NCBI GenBank assembly: GCA_041690595.1
Contig: JAWLHB010000004.1
Location: 124,001-188,000, forward strand
Length of the DNA: 64,000 nt
From: Lentisphaeria bacterium
GTDB lineage: Bacteria > Verrucomicrobiota > Lentisphaeria > JABSQK01 > JAWLHB01
Direction of reading: 5' to 3'
Position numbers and translations under genes: made by a program. This document shows positions 10,733 to 21,076 of the stretch, piece after piece (positions within the stretch are counted from its first letter, which is position 1; each line of letters starts with the position of its first letter). A model generated the notes under the pieces. The model was given only the letters and a program-made list of their open reading frames with translations, was not told where the DNA came from and did no database searches.

Positions 10733-10760
10733 AGTTTACCGCATGTCCAAAGTATTGCAA
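10733..10760 (-). promoter_or_regulatory. Putative sigma70 promoter of the GntR/LacI gene
   Basis: Minus strand TTGCAA-N16-TAAACT, 6 nt before the ATG, in an AT-rich island. Confidence 0.5.
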
Positions 10761-11120
10761 ATAGTTTTTAATCATTTTTAATAATGCTAAAATAGTTTAC
10801 CTACAAGGCAAGGGAACCTCCGCGGCAAGCCCTTTTGGAGTGACGGGTGACGGAGCTCGCCGCGCCCGGGGCGTGTCGTGCTGAGGCAGACCGGGTCGTC
10901 GGGCGTGAAGTCGAGTTCGCCCTTCTGCCGTGACTCGTGCCGACGTTCCTGGCGGAGCCGTCGCCGTGACTTGGTTCCGAATCATTACGGCTCACGCACC
11001 CCATGGGGCTTGATCTTATCCGCCAGATCAAACAGCCCCTTAACCGGTGCAAGGGAGACTGTTCTGCCGTTCAGACGGACAGCGGGAGTGAGCGGAGTTA
11101 AGCTCCATCCCGCTAGCGCT

Positions 11121-12995
11121 TCAGGGCTCCAGCCGTGGAAAGCTGTAGGCCTGTTCGAGAACCGCTTCCGGTGGAACGTCGGGACGCAGCATGCGCAGGA
11201 AGACACCCCAGGCCCGGCCATTATTGCCGCCGAGCGCGACCAGCAGCGTATGTCGCCCCGGAGCCAACTCCGCGGACAGCTTGACCCGATCGGCAACCGC
11301 TGGATTGCAACCCTCTGGATCATGGTGACGCTCCTCTCCGTCGAGCCATACCTTAACCGGTCCGTCATAGCCGATCAGGAAGACAATCGGCATCGGCTCG
11401 TCCACCACCAGGTGCACCGCGTAGTAGAGCAGGCAATCTTCGCCACCCCGACCCGAGATCTCGAGATGTCGATCGCAGAAGTCCGTCGGGAAGTCGCGGG
11501 GCGTGAGCTGCAGCGACTCCAACTCCGTGGGGTACGCCAGCCCCTCCAGCTTCCCGGCTCCCGTGAAGATCGGACTGACCAGCACCCGCCGGATCGCCGG
11601 CGAAAGCGCCTTGGGAATGCCGATCGAAGCGGGGCCCAGAACCGGAAGCGACCGCCCAGCCTCATCCACGATGTTGCAGTAGGGATTGCTCTGGTACCCG
11701 TAGTGCAGAAGATGCATGTCGGCCTCGAATGGGGCAAGTCCGGTATGCACGATAGCCGTATCCCCCCGAAGCTCCACGTCGAAGATCCGCTCCAGCGGTT
11801 CACCATCGCGCGTCACCAACTGGAAGCCCCAGGGCCGCGCCCCAGAACGCAGTTCACCCACAACATGCCGGAATCGCACGTGGATGTCCGCCAGATTGCG
11901 CTCGGTAACCTGGCTCTTCACCTCCGCAAGCTCGATGGGCGGTGACAGTGTCTGATCCCCAGTGAGGCACTGCATCGCTTCCGCCAGCCGCCGGCCGAGA
12001 ATGCTCTGACCCTTGCCGCTGATGTGAATATTGTCGTCCATTGACAAATCGATGGCCGGCACGCAGGCCAGCCGCTCGACCTTCTCCGCCAGCCGCCGCT
12101 GCTGCTCCTGAATCGCATTCCAGTACCGTCCCGATTCCCGGCTCCAGCCGATCACGCGCGAGATCTGCACCATGGCCACCGGCATCGCCGGCGTCCCGGC
12201 ATCGCGGCGAAGCGCGTCGACGAACTCGATCATCCGCTTAGTGAAGAGGGGGGCGGCATCGCCATTGGCGTCGCTTTCTCCCTGGTACCAGATCATGCCG
12301 CACACCTTGCCACCACAGGCTCGCAGGCGGCGGATCATCGCCCCATACAGGCTGTTGCCATTCTCGTCGCGGCGCTTGGGATCCCACTGCGTCATGCTGG
12401 TGCCCCCATGCGCTGCCGCAATCAGCCCCTGTGGCACCTTACGTCGGCGTTGCATCTCCAGCCCGAACGCATGTCCCGGCCCAACCCCCGTGAGCGTATT
12501 CGGTGGCGGCAGCGACCCGCCGCAGAGCACCCGATGCACATCGTCGACCGACGTTGAAATATCATGCAGTGTCTCCCGCGCCACCTCCCACCGATCATCC
12601 AGATAGAAGGCCCGTACTTCCGGATGTGTTGCCGGAGCATCCTTCAGCAGGCCCACTCCCTGCATGTTCGACTGGCCGCCAAGCAGCCAGAGATCGCCAA
12701 CCAGCACGTCGTCCACTTCCGTGGTGTCCACCCATTTGCCTGTCGCGCTGGCAATGCAGAGCTGGACGCGGTAAGGCCCACCCACCGGGATTCCCTTCAG
12801 CTCGCAACTGAACCGCCCCTTCTCGGCAACACCCACCGTTTCACCCATGAACTTGGCCAACGGACGTGTTCCCTGGCTCACCGTCAGCAGCACCTTGCCA
12901 TCCCGCGTGCAGCTACCCGTTACCACTGCGTCGCTGACATTTTGCGCGTTGCGTTGCAGCACGCCATGTGTGTGAAGACCACTTTCAATCTGCAT
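11121..12995 (-). CDS. Sialate O-acetylesterase (SASA/DUF303, SGNH) family carbohydrate esterase
   Basis: GDLWLLGGQSNMQG, AHGGTS, WYQGESDA, DNIH catalytic motifs; ATG 12995 with AGGAG upstream. Confidence 0.88.
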   Translation of the reverse strand: MQIESGLHTHGVLQRNAQNVSDAVVTGSCTRDGKVLLTVSQGTRPLAKFMGETVGVAEKGRFSCELKGIPVGGPYRVQLCIASATGKWVDTTEVDDVLVGDLWLLGGQSNMQGVGLLKDAPATHPEVRAFYLDDRWEVARETLHDISTSVDDVHRVLCGGSLPPPNTLTGVGPGHAFGLEMQRRRKVPQGLIAAAHGGTSMTQWDPKRRDENGNSLYGAMIRRLRACGGKVCGMIWYQGESDANGDAAPLFTKRMIEFVDALRRDAGTPAMPVAMVQISRVIGWSRESGRYWNAIQEQQRRLAEKVERLACVPAIDLSMDDNIHISGKGQSILGRRLAEAMQCLTGDQTLSPPIELAEVKSQVTERNLADIHVRFRHVVGELRSGARPWGFQLVTRDGEPLERIFDVELRGDTAIVHTGLAPFEADMHLLHYGYQSNPYCNIVDEAGRSLPVLGPASIGIPKALSPAIRRVLVSPIFTGAGKLEGLAYPTELESLQLTPRDFPTDFCDRHLEISGRGGEDCLLYYAVHLVVDEPMPIVFLIGYDGPVKVWLDGEERHHDPEGCNPAVADRVKLSAELAPGRHTLLVALGGNNGRAWGVFLRMLRPDVPPEAVLEQAYSFPRLEP

Positions 12996-13030
12996 AAGCT
13001 CAAGAACTCCTGTTGGTGACGACCAGGCTG

Positions 13031-14173
13031 TCAAACGTGATCTGGCCGCGGTAGCCAGAGGGGGAGGGGGCACCAGGCGCGCAGGACTCCGGCCGCCGGT
13101 GGCAGTGACGTGACCATCTCCGGTTGGGGTGGTCCGAAAAGCAGGCGGTGCATCTCTGCCTGGCTCAGGCACAGGGCCGGCTCCTCGTCGCTGGGCTGGC
13201 AGCTCACGTGCGCACCGTTCACCTCAACGCGGAAGGATGGGCTCCCATCGTTGAAGCCAAGTACAAGCTCGCCCTCCGCCAGCGGTTCGTACTGGTTTTT
13301 CAGCTTCAGCACCGACTCCACGACAATCGGCCAGTGGCGTACCAGCCAGTTGCCCGCATTGACCATGTCGCCCAGCTCTGCGAAGGACCAGAGCCGCCGA
13401 TTCAGCGGCGTCGCCAGGGGGCTGCACATCACCTTCACGGCTTTCCCCATCTGAGCGCCCCATGCGTGCAGCGCCTGCATGCCGGCCTCCACATCCGTTG
13501 CCAGCAACTCGAAGACATCTCCACTTTGCGGGTCGGCCGAAAGCGCGGCCACGACCGCTCCGTCCCCATCTCGTGCCACCAGCGCCTCTTTCCTCCAGTT
13601 GCGCAGGAAATCCCGTTGCAGCTCTCTTGGGCGCTCGGCCCGGCACGCTTCCGCCTCGTGCAGCCGCTGTACCGCATCGAGATCGCTTGCGTCGTTGCCC
13701 AGCGGATGCAGCGATACCGTCGGCGGCTTCGGAAAGGTATGTCGCAGGCAGGGCTCCGAGAGGAGGAACTGCAGCGATGTCCCGCAACGCTCGTACCCCC
13801 AGTAGCCATAGCGCTGACGGTTGCCGCCAAGCAGCGAGAGCTCGAAATCTTCCGCGGCAATAGCTTCCAGAGCTGCATTCATCAGCCGCTTCATGTGCCC
13901 TTGGCCGCGATATTGCCTGCCCGTCGACACCCCCCCGATGCCGGCAAGCCGCAGGCGGCTCCCGCCAACTATCATGGTGCTGGGAAAGAGGCCCACGACT
14001 GCCGCCAGGTCACCGTGACGACGAATCGCCAGGTTGCAGCCCATGCTCGCATCCGTGCGCCGATATGCCGACGGCAGCAGCCGGTCGAAGTTGGTCGTCG
14101 AAAACGCTTGGTCAAGGAAGGAGATCAGTTCGTCAAAATCCTCCGCCACCAGTCTCACAATGCTTTCGCTCAT
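13031..14173 (-). CDS. Eis-like GNAT acetyltransferase
   Basis: AGIGGVSTGRQYRGQGHMKRLM acetyl-CoA motif, YGYWGYE, about 380 aa with SCP2-like tail. Confidence 0.82.
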   Translation of the reverse strand: MSESIVRLVAEDFDELISFLDQAFSTTNFDRLLPSAYRRTDASMGCNLAIRRHGDLAAVVGLFPSTMIVGGSRLRLAGIGGVSTGRQYRGQGHMKRLMNAALEAIAAEDFELSLLGGNRQRYGYWGYERCGTSLQFLLSEPCLRHTFPKPPTVSLHPLGNDASDLDAVQRLHEAEACRAERPRELQRDFLRNWRKEALVARDGDGAVVAALSADPQSGDVFELLATDVEAGMQALHAWGAQMGKAVKVMCSPLATPLNRRLWSFAELGDMVNAGNWLVRHWPIVVESVLKLKNQYEPLAEGELVLGFNDGSPSFRVEVNGAHVSCQPSDEEPALCLSQAEMHRLLFGPPQPEMVTSLPPAAGVLRAWCPLPLWLPRPDHV

Positions 14174-14208
14174 GGTCCCCTCGTCGGTTCAGAAATTGGT
14201 TGGCTGGC

Positions 14209-15003
14209 TCAGCAGTAGCCCAGCCGCCGCAGATAATCCAGATAGCGGGGGAAGGCAATCTCGGGCTCCGCCAGCTCGGGCTGCCACTTTTTCTCCCATT
14301 CGAAGCTGAGAAAACCATCATACCGGATGTCGCTGAGCAACGCCAGCGCGGTCGGCAGATCCACCTCGCCCTCACCGGGAAGCCTCCCCTGATGCTTGCC
14401 ATCCTGGAGCACGGCATCCTTCACGTGTACATGCACGATCCGCTCGCGGATCGCCGCGAAGGTTCTCTCCAGTGGCTCCTCAAAGTAGCTGTTCGCTATA
14501 TCCCAGCAGATCCCGAAACCGGCTGACGTCACCCGTGCCAGCAGCGGCTCCAGGTAGCTGGCCTTGCACCAGTCGTCGTGGGTCTCCAGCGCCAAGACCA
14601 CACCAGCGGCCGCCGCGGCGGGCACGATCCGCTCCAGCGCGCTCGCAAACTGATCGATGGCTGCATCACGCGAGGCCCCCGCAAGCACCCCGCCGAAGAT
14701 GCGCACGCAACGGCAGTCCAGCGACTTTGCCAGCTGGATCAGCTCATGCGCATTCTCCACCTGGTCATCGATCATCTCGGCCGATGTGAAGCGCGTATAC
14801 CCCATCAGGCAGCAAACGCGCAACCCGATTCCCTGGAACTGCTGGCGGATCGCCGCACGCTCCGAATCAGTAAGGTCCAGATTTACCGGCTCATCCGCCA
14901 CAATCCGCAGCTCCACACCATCGTAGCCGAGCAGGTGCGCATTTCGCAGCACATGATCCAATGTCCAATCGGGGCAGCCCAAGGTGGCAAAAGATGTTTT
15001 CAT
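14209..15003 (-). CDS. Sugar phosphate isomerase/epimerase (xylose isomerase-like TIM barrel)
   Basis: SFATLGCPDW, GYDGVELR, LETHD, WDIAN, HVHVKD, SFEWEKKW. Confidence 0.88.
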   Translation of the reverse strand: MKTSFATLGCPDWTLDHVLRNAHLLGYDGVELRIVADEPVNLDLTDSERAAIRQQFQGIGLRVCCLMGYTRFTSAEMIDDQVENAHELIQLAKSLDCRCVRIFGGVLAGASRDAAIDQFASALERIVPAAAAAGVVLALETHDDWCKASYLEPLLARVTSAGFGICWDIANSYFEEPLERTFAAIRERIVHVHVKDAVLQDGKHQGRLPGEGEVDLPTALALLSDIRYDGFLSFEWEKKWQPELAEPEIAFPRYLDYLRRLGYC

Positions 15004-15066
15004 AAGCTTTCCAAACGCTGAAGTGTCACGTTTAATCACTCAGCATAGTATCGGCACACCTCGCTG

Positions 15067-15110
15067 AAAAGCAAGCGCGGCTCCCGGAAGATGAATCCCG
15101 GGAGCCGCGC
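15067..15110 (-). terminator. Intrinsic terminator after leuD
   Basis: 13-bp stem GCGCGGCTCCCGG/CCGGGAGCCGCGC (15075-15110) followed on the minus strand by TTGCTTTT. Confidence 0.75.
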
Positions 15111-15131
15111 AAATGCCACGAACCGCCGCGA

Positions 15132-15758
15132 TCAGTCGAACTGAGGCGCGACCGACATGTTGAAGAGGCCGATGTAGGGCAGGCAGTTGGCTGTCGCCTG
15201 GATCTTCTCTTCCGCCTGGAGCAGGATTGCCGTCGCATTCCAGCTGCCGTTGACGAGGGATTCGCGCGCCCCCTGCGGCATACCCGCCTGGATGACCGTG
15301 TCACCGATCGTGACGGTGGCGCTGGCCACATCCATCACCAATTCGGCCGTCGGATCCTCTTCCACGATCTGGAAGAGTCTCTGCGCATCTGCCTGGCTCA
15401 CCGTGAAACACGGCAGACCGATCGCCATGCAGTTGCCGAAAAAGATCTCCGCAAAGGACTCGGCGATGATCCCGTCAATGCCCCAGCGCTTCAACGACTG
15501 CGGCGCATGCTCGCGCGAAGAGCCGCAACCGAAATTGCTTCCCGCGATCAGGATCTTCGCATTCTTGTAGATATCCTTGTTGAAAGGATGGCTCTTGTCC
15601 TGCTCGCGATCGTCCTCGAACGCATGCTCACCCAGACCATCGAAGCTCACGCAGCGAAGGTACCGCGCGGGAATGATGCGATCCGTATCGATGTCGTTGG
15701 CCCGCAACGGAATGCCGGGTCCCTTGATCGTCTCTATGCTTGTCTTGATCGTGGTCAC
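15132..15758 (-). CDS. leuD: 3-isopropylmalate dehydratase small subunit
   Basis: [35 protein letters not shown]. Confidence 0.96.
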   Translation of the reverse strand: MTTIKTSIETIKGPGIPLRANDIDTDRIIPARYLRCVSFDGLGEHAFEDDREQDKSHPFNKDIYKNAKILIAGSNFGCGSSREHAPQSLKRWGIDGIIAESFAEIFFGNCMAIGLPCFTVSQADAQRLFQIVEEDPTAELVMDVASATVTIGDTVIQAGMPQGARESLVNGSWNATAILLQAEEKIQATANCLPYIGLFNMSVAPQFD

Positions 15759-17158
15759 TTCAACACCTCCCTGACGTCGACAACTTCACCGGTAAGCGCC
15801 GCCGCCGCGACCATCGCCGGGCTCATCAGCAGCGTCCGGCCCGTGGGGCTGCCCTGCCGGCCCTTGAAATTACGATTACTCGACGAGGCGCACAGTTCGC
15901 GTCCCTGCAGCTTGTCTGGATTCATGGCAAGGCACATGGAGCAGCCGGCCGCACGCCAGTCAAAGCCCGCTTCACGGAAAATCTCCGGAAGCCCTTCCTT
16001 GGCCGCCTGGCGAGCCACTTCCATCGAACCCGGCACTACGATCGCCTTGATCCGCTTCGACACCTTCTTGCCCTTCACGATCTCCGCCGCAAGGCGAAGA
16101 TCCGAAATGCGACCATTGGTGCAGGATCCGAGGAACGCTACATCGATCGGACGCCCCTCCAGCGACATGCCCGCCTGGAAGTCCATGTAACGCAGCGCTT
16201 CTTCGTACGCCACACGCTCTTCGGCCGGCGCCGACGCCGGATCCGGGATCGGCTGCGAGATCGGCACCGACTGCCCGGGCGTGATGCCCCAGGTCACCAT
16301 CGGCTCCAGTTCCTCGCCTGCGATCTCATGGACGTCATCGTACTGGGCATCGTCATCGCTGCGGACGCTGTTCCAGTAGATCTTCGCCCGCTCCCACGCG
16401 CCGCCCTGAGGCGCCATGGGCCGGTTCTTCAGATACCGCAGCGTCTTGCGATCCGGATTGATGTAGCCGAAACGCGCACCACCTTCGATGCTCATGTTAC
16501 AGACCGTCAGCCGCTCTTCCATCGTCATGTTGCGAATGACCGAACCCGCGTACTCGTACGCATAGCCCACGCCGCCGTTCACCCCGAGATCATGGATGAT
16601 CTTCAGGATCACGTCTTTCGCATAGACTCCGTTCGGCAACTTGCCTTCCACCCGGATCTGACGGATTTTCGGCTTCGACATCGCCAGGCACTGACTGGCA
16701 AGGACGTCTCGGATCTGGCTCGTGCCGATTCCGAACGCCAGCGAGCCGAACGCGCCATGCGTGGAGGTGTGGCTGTCGCCGCACGCAATCGTCATCCCCG
16801 GCTGCGTCAAACCCTTCTCAGGCCCGATCACGTGCACAATGCCCTGCTCGCCGCTCTTGATGTCGAAGAAGGTGATGCCGTGCTCTTCGCAGGAATTGGT
16901 GAGCGCTTGGGTCATCTCTTCCGCCAAGTCGTCCTGGAAGGGACGCGCCAGCGAATCTGTCGGCACGATGTGGTCGATTGTCGCGAATGTGCGCTCAGGA
17001 AACTTGACCTTCAGGCCAAGCTCCTTCAGCATCGCAAAAGCTTGCGGACTGGTCACTTCATGAATGAGGTGAAGTCCGATAAAAAGCTGGGTCTGCCCAT
17101 TGGGCAGTTCACGCACAGTGTGCGCGTCCCAGACCTTATCCAGTAGTGTTTTCCCCAT
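15755..17158 (-). CDS. leuC: 3-isopropylmalate dehydratase large subunit
   Basis: [52 protein letters not shown]; start MGKTL at 17158 after GGAGG. Confidence 0.97.
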   Translation of the reverse strand: MGKTLLDKVWDAHTVRELPNGQTQLFIGLHLIHEVTSPQAFAMLKELGLKVKFPERTFATIDHIVPTDSLARPFQDDLAEEMTQALTNSCEEHGITFFDIKSGEQGIVHVIGPEKGLTQPGMTIACGDSHTSTHGAFGSLAFGIGTSQIRDVLASQCLAMSKPKIRQIRVEGKLPNGVYAKDVILKIIHDLGVNGGVGYAYEYAGSVIRNMTMEERLTVCNMSIEGGARFGYINPDRKTLRYLKNRPMAPQGGAWERAKIYWNSVRSDDDAQYDDVHEIAGEELEPMVTWGITPGQSVPISQPIPDPASAPAEERVAYEEALRYMDFQAGMSLEGRPIDVAFLGSCTNGRISDLRLAAEIVKGKKVSKRIKAIVVPGSMEVARQAAKEGLPEIFREAGFDWRAAGCSMCLAMNPDKLQGRELCASSSNRNFKGRQGSPTGRTLLMSPAMVAAAALTGEVVDVREVLK

Positions 17159-17306
17159 AAACAGGTGTCCTCCGGTGGTTAGGGGTGTGGCGGGATTGGA
17201 GCCTATTACATTGCCAGTGACACCGTCTTTTTCAACCTGCCAGCGCCAATTTGGCACGCTCTCCTGCCTGTGCGAGCTGCATCTCACCCACTCCCGCCGA
17301 CGCTCT

Positions 17307-17981
17307 TCAGGCAGGGGAAGGGGCGTCGGCGGACTCGATCGCCTCCCGCAGCCGACTGCCCAACTCCCGCGCAAGCTGCTGACCCGCATCCTGAATCTCG
17401 ATGCTGCTCACCCCGAGGGAAGCGACGGTGGCATCCGGACCGTGGAGCATCTTTACCCCGCTCATCTCGCACGAATCACCGAAGCCACACCGAATGCAGG
17501 GGACGTTGCCGATTACCGTCACCGACCCGAGCAGTTTCATCCCTTCCTCCATGGCCCAGAAGCCGATCTGATTCATCGCCATCTCCGCGGCGGGCGGCAT
17601 GTTCGGCGCACCTGGCTGACAGGCGGTGGTGATGACCGCGACTCCCGGCTTGCCACGGTTGAGCCCGGCGCGATGGCGCAGGCAGTACATGCGCTCCATG
17701 AAGGTCTTGGTACGCGCGTCCAGGCTGCTATAGGGCGTGTAGGCGCCAAGGACAAAGCCTGCTGCTTCCCGAAAATCGTGCGCCAACTCCCGGGCATCAT
17801 CCTTCACCACACATTCATTGCTCTTCACGCACCCAAGGCAGGCACGGCACGGCTGCAACTCCAGATCGCTCAACTTGACGAATTTCGCCGGAAGACCGCA
17901 GGCCTCCAGGACCAGCTGTACGGTGCGATCGGTATTGCTGTTCTTGATGGGACTGCCACTGATGCCAAGCACGTAAGCCAT
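17307..17981 (-). CDS. Flavodoxin-fold iron-sulfur flavoprotein (NADPH-dependent FMN reductase family)
   Basis: [31 protein letters not shown]. Confidence 0.85.
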   Translation of the reverse strand: MAYVLGISGSPIKNSNTDRTVQLVLEACGLPAKFVKLSDLELQPCRACLGCVKSNECVVKDDARELAHDFREAAGFVLGAYTPYSSLDARTKTFMERMYCLRHRAGLNRGKPGVAVITTACQPGAPNMPPAAEMAMNQIGFWAMEEGMKLLGSVTVIGNVPCIRCGFGDSCEMSGVKMLHGPDATVASLGVSSIEIQDAGQQLARELGSRLREAIESADAPSPA

Positions 17982-18112
17982 GAAAGACCTCCGAGAGTAA
18001 AATGATGTTTGACTACGCTATACTGCTTTCATCTATTGCGCCAGCCAGAGGCTGCACTATCGTATGTCGCCCACGAAAAACACAGCGACACATCCAAGTG
18101 GAGAGAGCGGAT

Positions 18113-21070
18113 ATGATTCACGGCGACCTGGTGATCGGTGAAATCGAGGGGCCATTCCCTTGCTCCCTGCGGGGCGACTACCATCCGGGCGACCTCCCCG
18201 CGGCACTGCTCCTGCACGGGCACCTGCCGCGCGGTCGCTACCTCCTCCAGATCCGTCTCCGCGAGCCCGAACACAATCAACTCCTCGTCATCTCCCGCGA
18301 TGAAGTCGTCATCGATGCTCTCGGCGTTCCCTTTGCCGGTGACAGCGATGACAACTGGCCCGACTCCCGCCGCGATCGCGTCACTGGCGACAAGCTCGCC
18401 TTCGTTCAGGAGGTCAAGGAACGCTACCAGCTCAAGAACCACTATGCGCGCCGCATGGCCGAACGGAGCGAATGGACCCTCAGCACCACCTTCTGCGTTG
18501 AGCATGCTGGCGAAGTGACGCTTACCATCGCCAACCGCAACGGTGACGATGCCGGAGGATTGCTCTTCTACAAGGGGGACGGTCTCTGCCTCCTCGGCGT
18601 CAAGCTTGCGCGGGATTCCGCCGTGGCGCCGAACAGCTTCGCTCGCCGTGCGCCCGGCTTGCCGATGCTGGACGCATGGGGCTGGATGGCCTACCTCGGC
18701 TTCGACAATCCCGACAAGCGCGAAGCGACCCCTGAAGAGATCATCGCCGATGCCATCCATGCCGCCCGCCCCTGGGGAGCCAACCTGATCGAGGTCAACC
18801 CCGCTCTCGTCGATGGTCACTGTTTCGACTTCGAGGAAGGGCCACTGCCCGGCACCGAACGCAGCCCGACCACCGCATGGAACTCCCAACACCTCCGGCG
18901 ACTCTTCCGGATCGCTCGCGAACAAGGCATGCTCGCCGAACTCTTCCTCTTCTCCATTACCGGCTTCACCACCTTCTACAAGATGACCGGCGATCAGATT
19001 CGCCAGGTTCTCGCCCGCATCAACCAGCTGCTCGGATGCGGTTCCTCCGCCGAGGCTACCGCCGCCGCGATCGACGGCGCCATCTATGAACTCTTCCCCC
19101 ACGATGCCCCACGCGAAACCGACGACGCCTGGCAGCACAACCCCGGACTCACCCAGACCGTCTCCGGTGGTGTGACGGGTACGGCCCAGGAACTGCAGAA
19201 TAACGGCTGGTCCGCCGGCTTTGCCAACTACACCGCCCATTGGGTCGGCGCCAGTGTCCATCATACAGGCTACGATTGCCTCTTCCCCGCCGTGCCATAT
19301 CCCCGCGACTTCTATCGCCGCCCGCTCCAGGTGGCCTACTCCTACCTGCAGGGAAGCGCCGAGAGCCGCCGACCCGCGGAGCGGCAACTCACCCGTGGTG
19401 GCTACGTGCAGCGGGGAATCCCCGGCCGAGATGCCGCTCCCGACTGGATCTTCGCCCAACTGCAAGGCTTCACCCAACGCCGCTGGCGCGATCAGGACGA
19501 TCCCGTTGCCTCCCTCCTCTGCTGGGAAGCCGTCGCCCAGCAGATCTGCACACCCGATGCCCGCCGCATGGCCTATGCCGCCACCCAGGATCCCATCCGC
19601 GCCTGCGTTACCGGTACCCTTCGCGATACCGGACTCGCTGGCTCCATCGATCTTCGCCGCGAACTCGACCGCCAGCCGCGCCGGCGACAGGTGCGCCTCT
19701 CGCGCCGACACGCCTTCCCGCACGACAGCCGCTTCCTGCGCAACCAGGACCTCGAACTGCTCACCTTCCCCGGCCGCGACTACAACCTCCTGCAGCTCGA
19801 TCACTCCCGCTCCGCCCGCTTCCATGGCAACGGCGAGCTGCTCCGTCCATTTGCCCCCCTGCTGATCACCTCCTTGGCCGGGGACGACGCGATCGAGGTC
19901 GAGGAATCATGGCGCCAGATCGAGGCAGGGGGTACGCTGGCGGAATGCGAACAGCAGCTCTTCGCCCGCCTCTCCACCTCATCCTTCCATGAAACGCGGC
20001 GCATGCGATTGCTCTCTGACCTGCCCGGTATTCAGATGACCCTGCGCCGCACGGTCGGCACCGCCCCACAGGAAGGCTCTCTCATGCTCAATGCCATGGG
20101 ACCGGCAGACGGCTATGCGGTCGAGATCCTGCGCTCCACATCGGATACCCTCGAACTCGCCTTTCGCGATGCCGATGGCGTCCTGCCGGAAGCGCGGGCC
20201 TTGCTCACCGTCTTTGGCACAGCCATCGAGAACCCTCAGCTCAAACCCAATCCCTCCTTCACCACACGGCTGACGGGAGTGCATGAGGTCCGCCTTCGCC
20301 TGCTCTTCGCGGCCGGCCACATCCAGGCTGCCTCTCTCGGTGAGTTGCTCACCTGCGATGCGCTCTGGGAGCCCTCACTGGTGGAACTCCCCGTAGACGG
20401 CCACGAGGTGGATGTCGCGGCGCCAAGCCCCCTTTCGCTTACGCGAACGGTACAGCTTGCGCCCCATGCGCCTCTCCCCTGTCGTGTGCGCGAGCAGGGC
20501 TGGTGGTACTATCGCGGCATCACCCCCGGAGACGAGGTGCCCGCTCGAGACTTCCTCAAGCTGCATCACGCCGATGGCGAAACCGTCCGCATTGCCCGTG
20601 ACAGCCGCATCGGCGGCGAGTTGACCTGGGGGTGGGGCAGCCAGTATCTGCTCCTCCTCGGCGATGTGGCCGCCGAAGCGGATGGCTGGCATAGTGCCCG
20701 GGTACGCGTGGCGCGCATCACCCCCTTTGTCTTCGCTCCACGTCTCCTGATGCGCGATTCCGTCGCCGAGATCGAGCTGGACGGTCGGCCATGGCATTAC
20801 GCCGATGGCGCCCTCATCTTCCTGCCCAACCGTTGCGGCGAATATCGAGTGCGCTGGCGCTATGGCGCCTGCAGCCAGCCGCGACTTGTGCGCACCTTTG
20901 CCTGCATCACTGCCACCCGTCAGGAGGGAGACGCTCTCGAAGTCGATGCCGAGCTCCCCGACTTCGTCCCTGAAGATCCAGGCTTCCACGGCTGGTATGC
21001 GCTGCTGGATGCCGGTGGCAAACGCCGGGTTCATCCACTTCCGCTCGGCACCGCCAGGCTATCCCAGTGA
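18113..21070 (+). CDS. Large hypothetical protein (about 985 aa)
   Basis: Long ORF with consistent codon bias; ATG 18113 after GGAGAG; no family recognised. Confidence 0.75.
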   Translation: MIHGDLVIGEIEGPFPCSLRGDYHPGDLPAALLLHGHLPRGRYLLQIRLREPEHNQLLVISRDEVVIDALGVPFAGDSDDNWPDSRRDRVTGDKLAFVQEVKERYQLKNHYARRMAERSEWTLSTTFCVEHAGEVTLTIANRNGDDAGGLLFYKGDGLCLLGVKLARDSAVAPNSFARRAPGLPMLDAWGWMAYLGFDNPDKREATPEEIIADAIHAARPWGANLIEVNPALVDGHCFDFEEGPLPGTERSPTTAWNSQHLRRLFRIAREQGMLAELFLFSITGFTTFYKMTGDQIRQVLARINQLLGCGSSAEATAAAIDGAIYELFPHDAPRETDDAWQHNPGLTQTVSGGVTGTAQELQNNGWSAGFANYTAHWVGASVHHTGYDCLFPAVPYPRDFYRRPLQVAYSYLQGSAESRRPAERQLTRGGYVQRGIPGRDAAPDWIFAQLQGFTQRRWRDQDDPVASLLCWEAVAQQICTPDARRMAYAATQDPIRACVTGTLRDTGLAGSIDLRRELDRQPRRRQVRLSRRHAFPHDSRFLRNQDLELLTFPGRDYNLLQLDHSRSARFHGNGELLRPFAPLLITSLAGDDAIEVEESWRQIEAGGTLAECEQQLFARLSTSSFHETRRMRLLSDLPGIQMTLRRTVGTAPQEGSLMLNAMGPADGYAVEILRSTSDTLELAFRDADGVLPEARALLTVFGTAIENPQLKPNPSFTTRLTGVHEVRLRLLFAAGHIQAASLGELLTCDALWEPSLVELPVDGHEVDVAAPSPLSLTRTVQLAPHAPLPCRVREQGWWYYRGITPGDEVPARDFLKLHHADGETVRIARDSRIGGELTWGWGSQYLLLLGDVAAEADGWHSARVRVARITPFVFAPRLLMRDSVAEIELDGRPWHYADGALIFLPNRCGEYRVRWRYGACSQPRLVRTFACITATRQEGDALEVDAELPDFVPEDPGFHGWYALLDAGGKRRVHPLPLGTARLSQ

Positions 21071-21076
21071 ACCGGC

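Noticed and set aside
12996..13172. N-terminal extensions in the ORF track (also leuC, clpC, GntR-SBP, pseB, rdgB and others)
   Set aside because: They overlap neighbours or promoters; downstream starts fit family N-termini and Shine-Dalgarno sites better
17251..17267. TTGGCACG...TGC sigma54-like motif
   Set aside because: GG-to-GC spacing is 11 rather than 10 and it points away from leuC
17159..17306. Leucine attenuator or T-box upstream of leuC
   Set aside because: No Leu-rich leader peptide, terminator or T-box motif found
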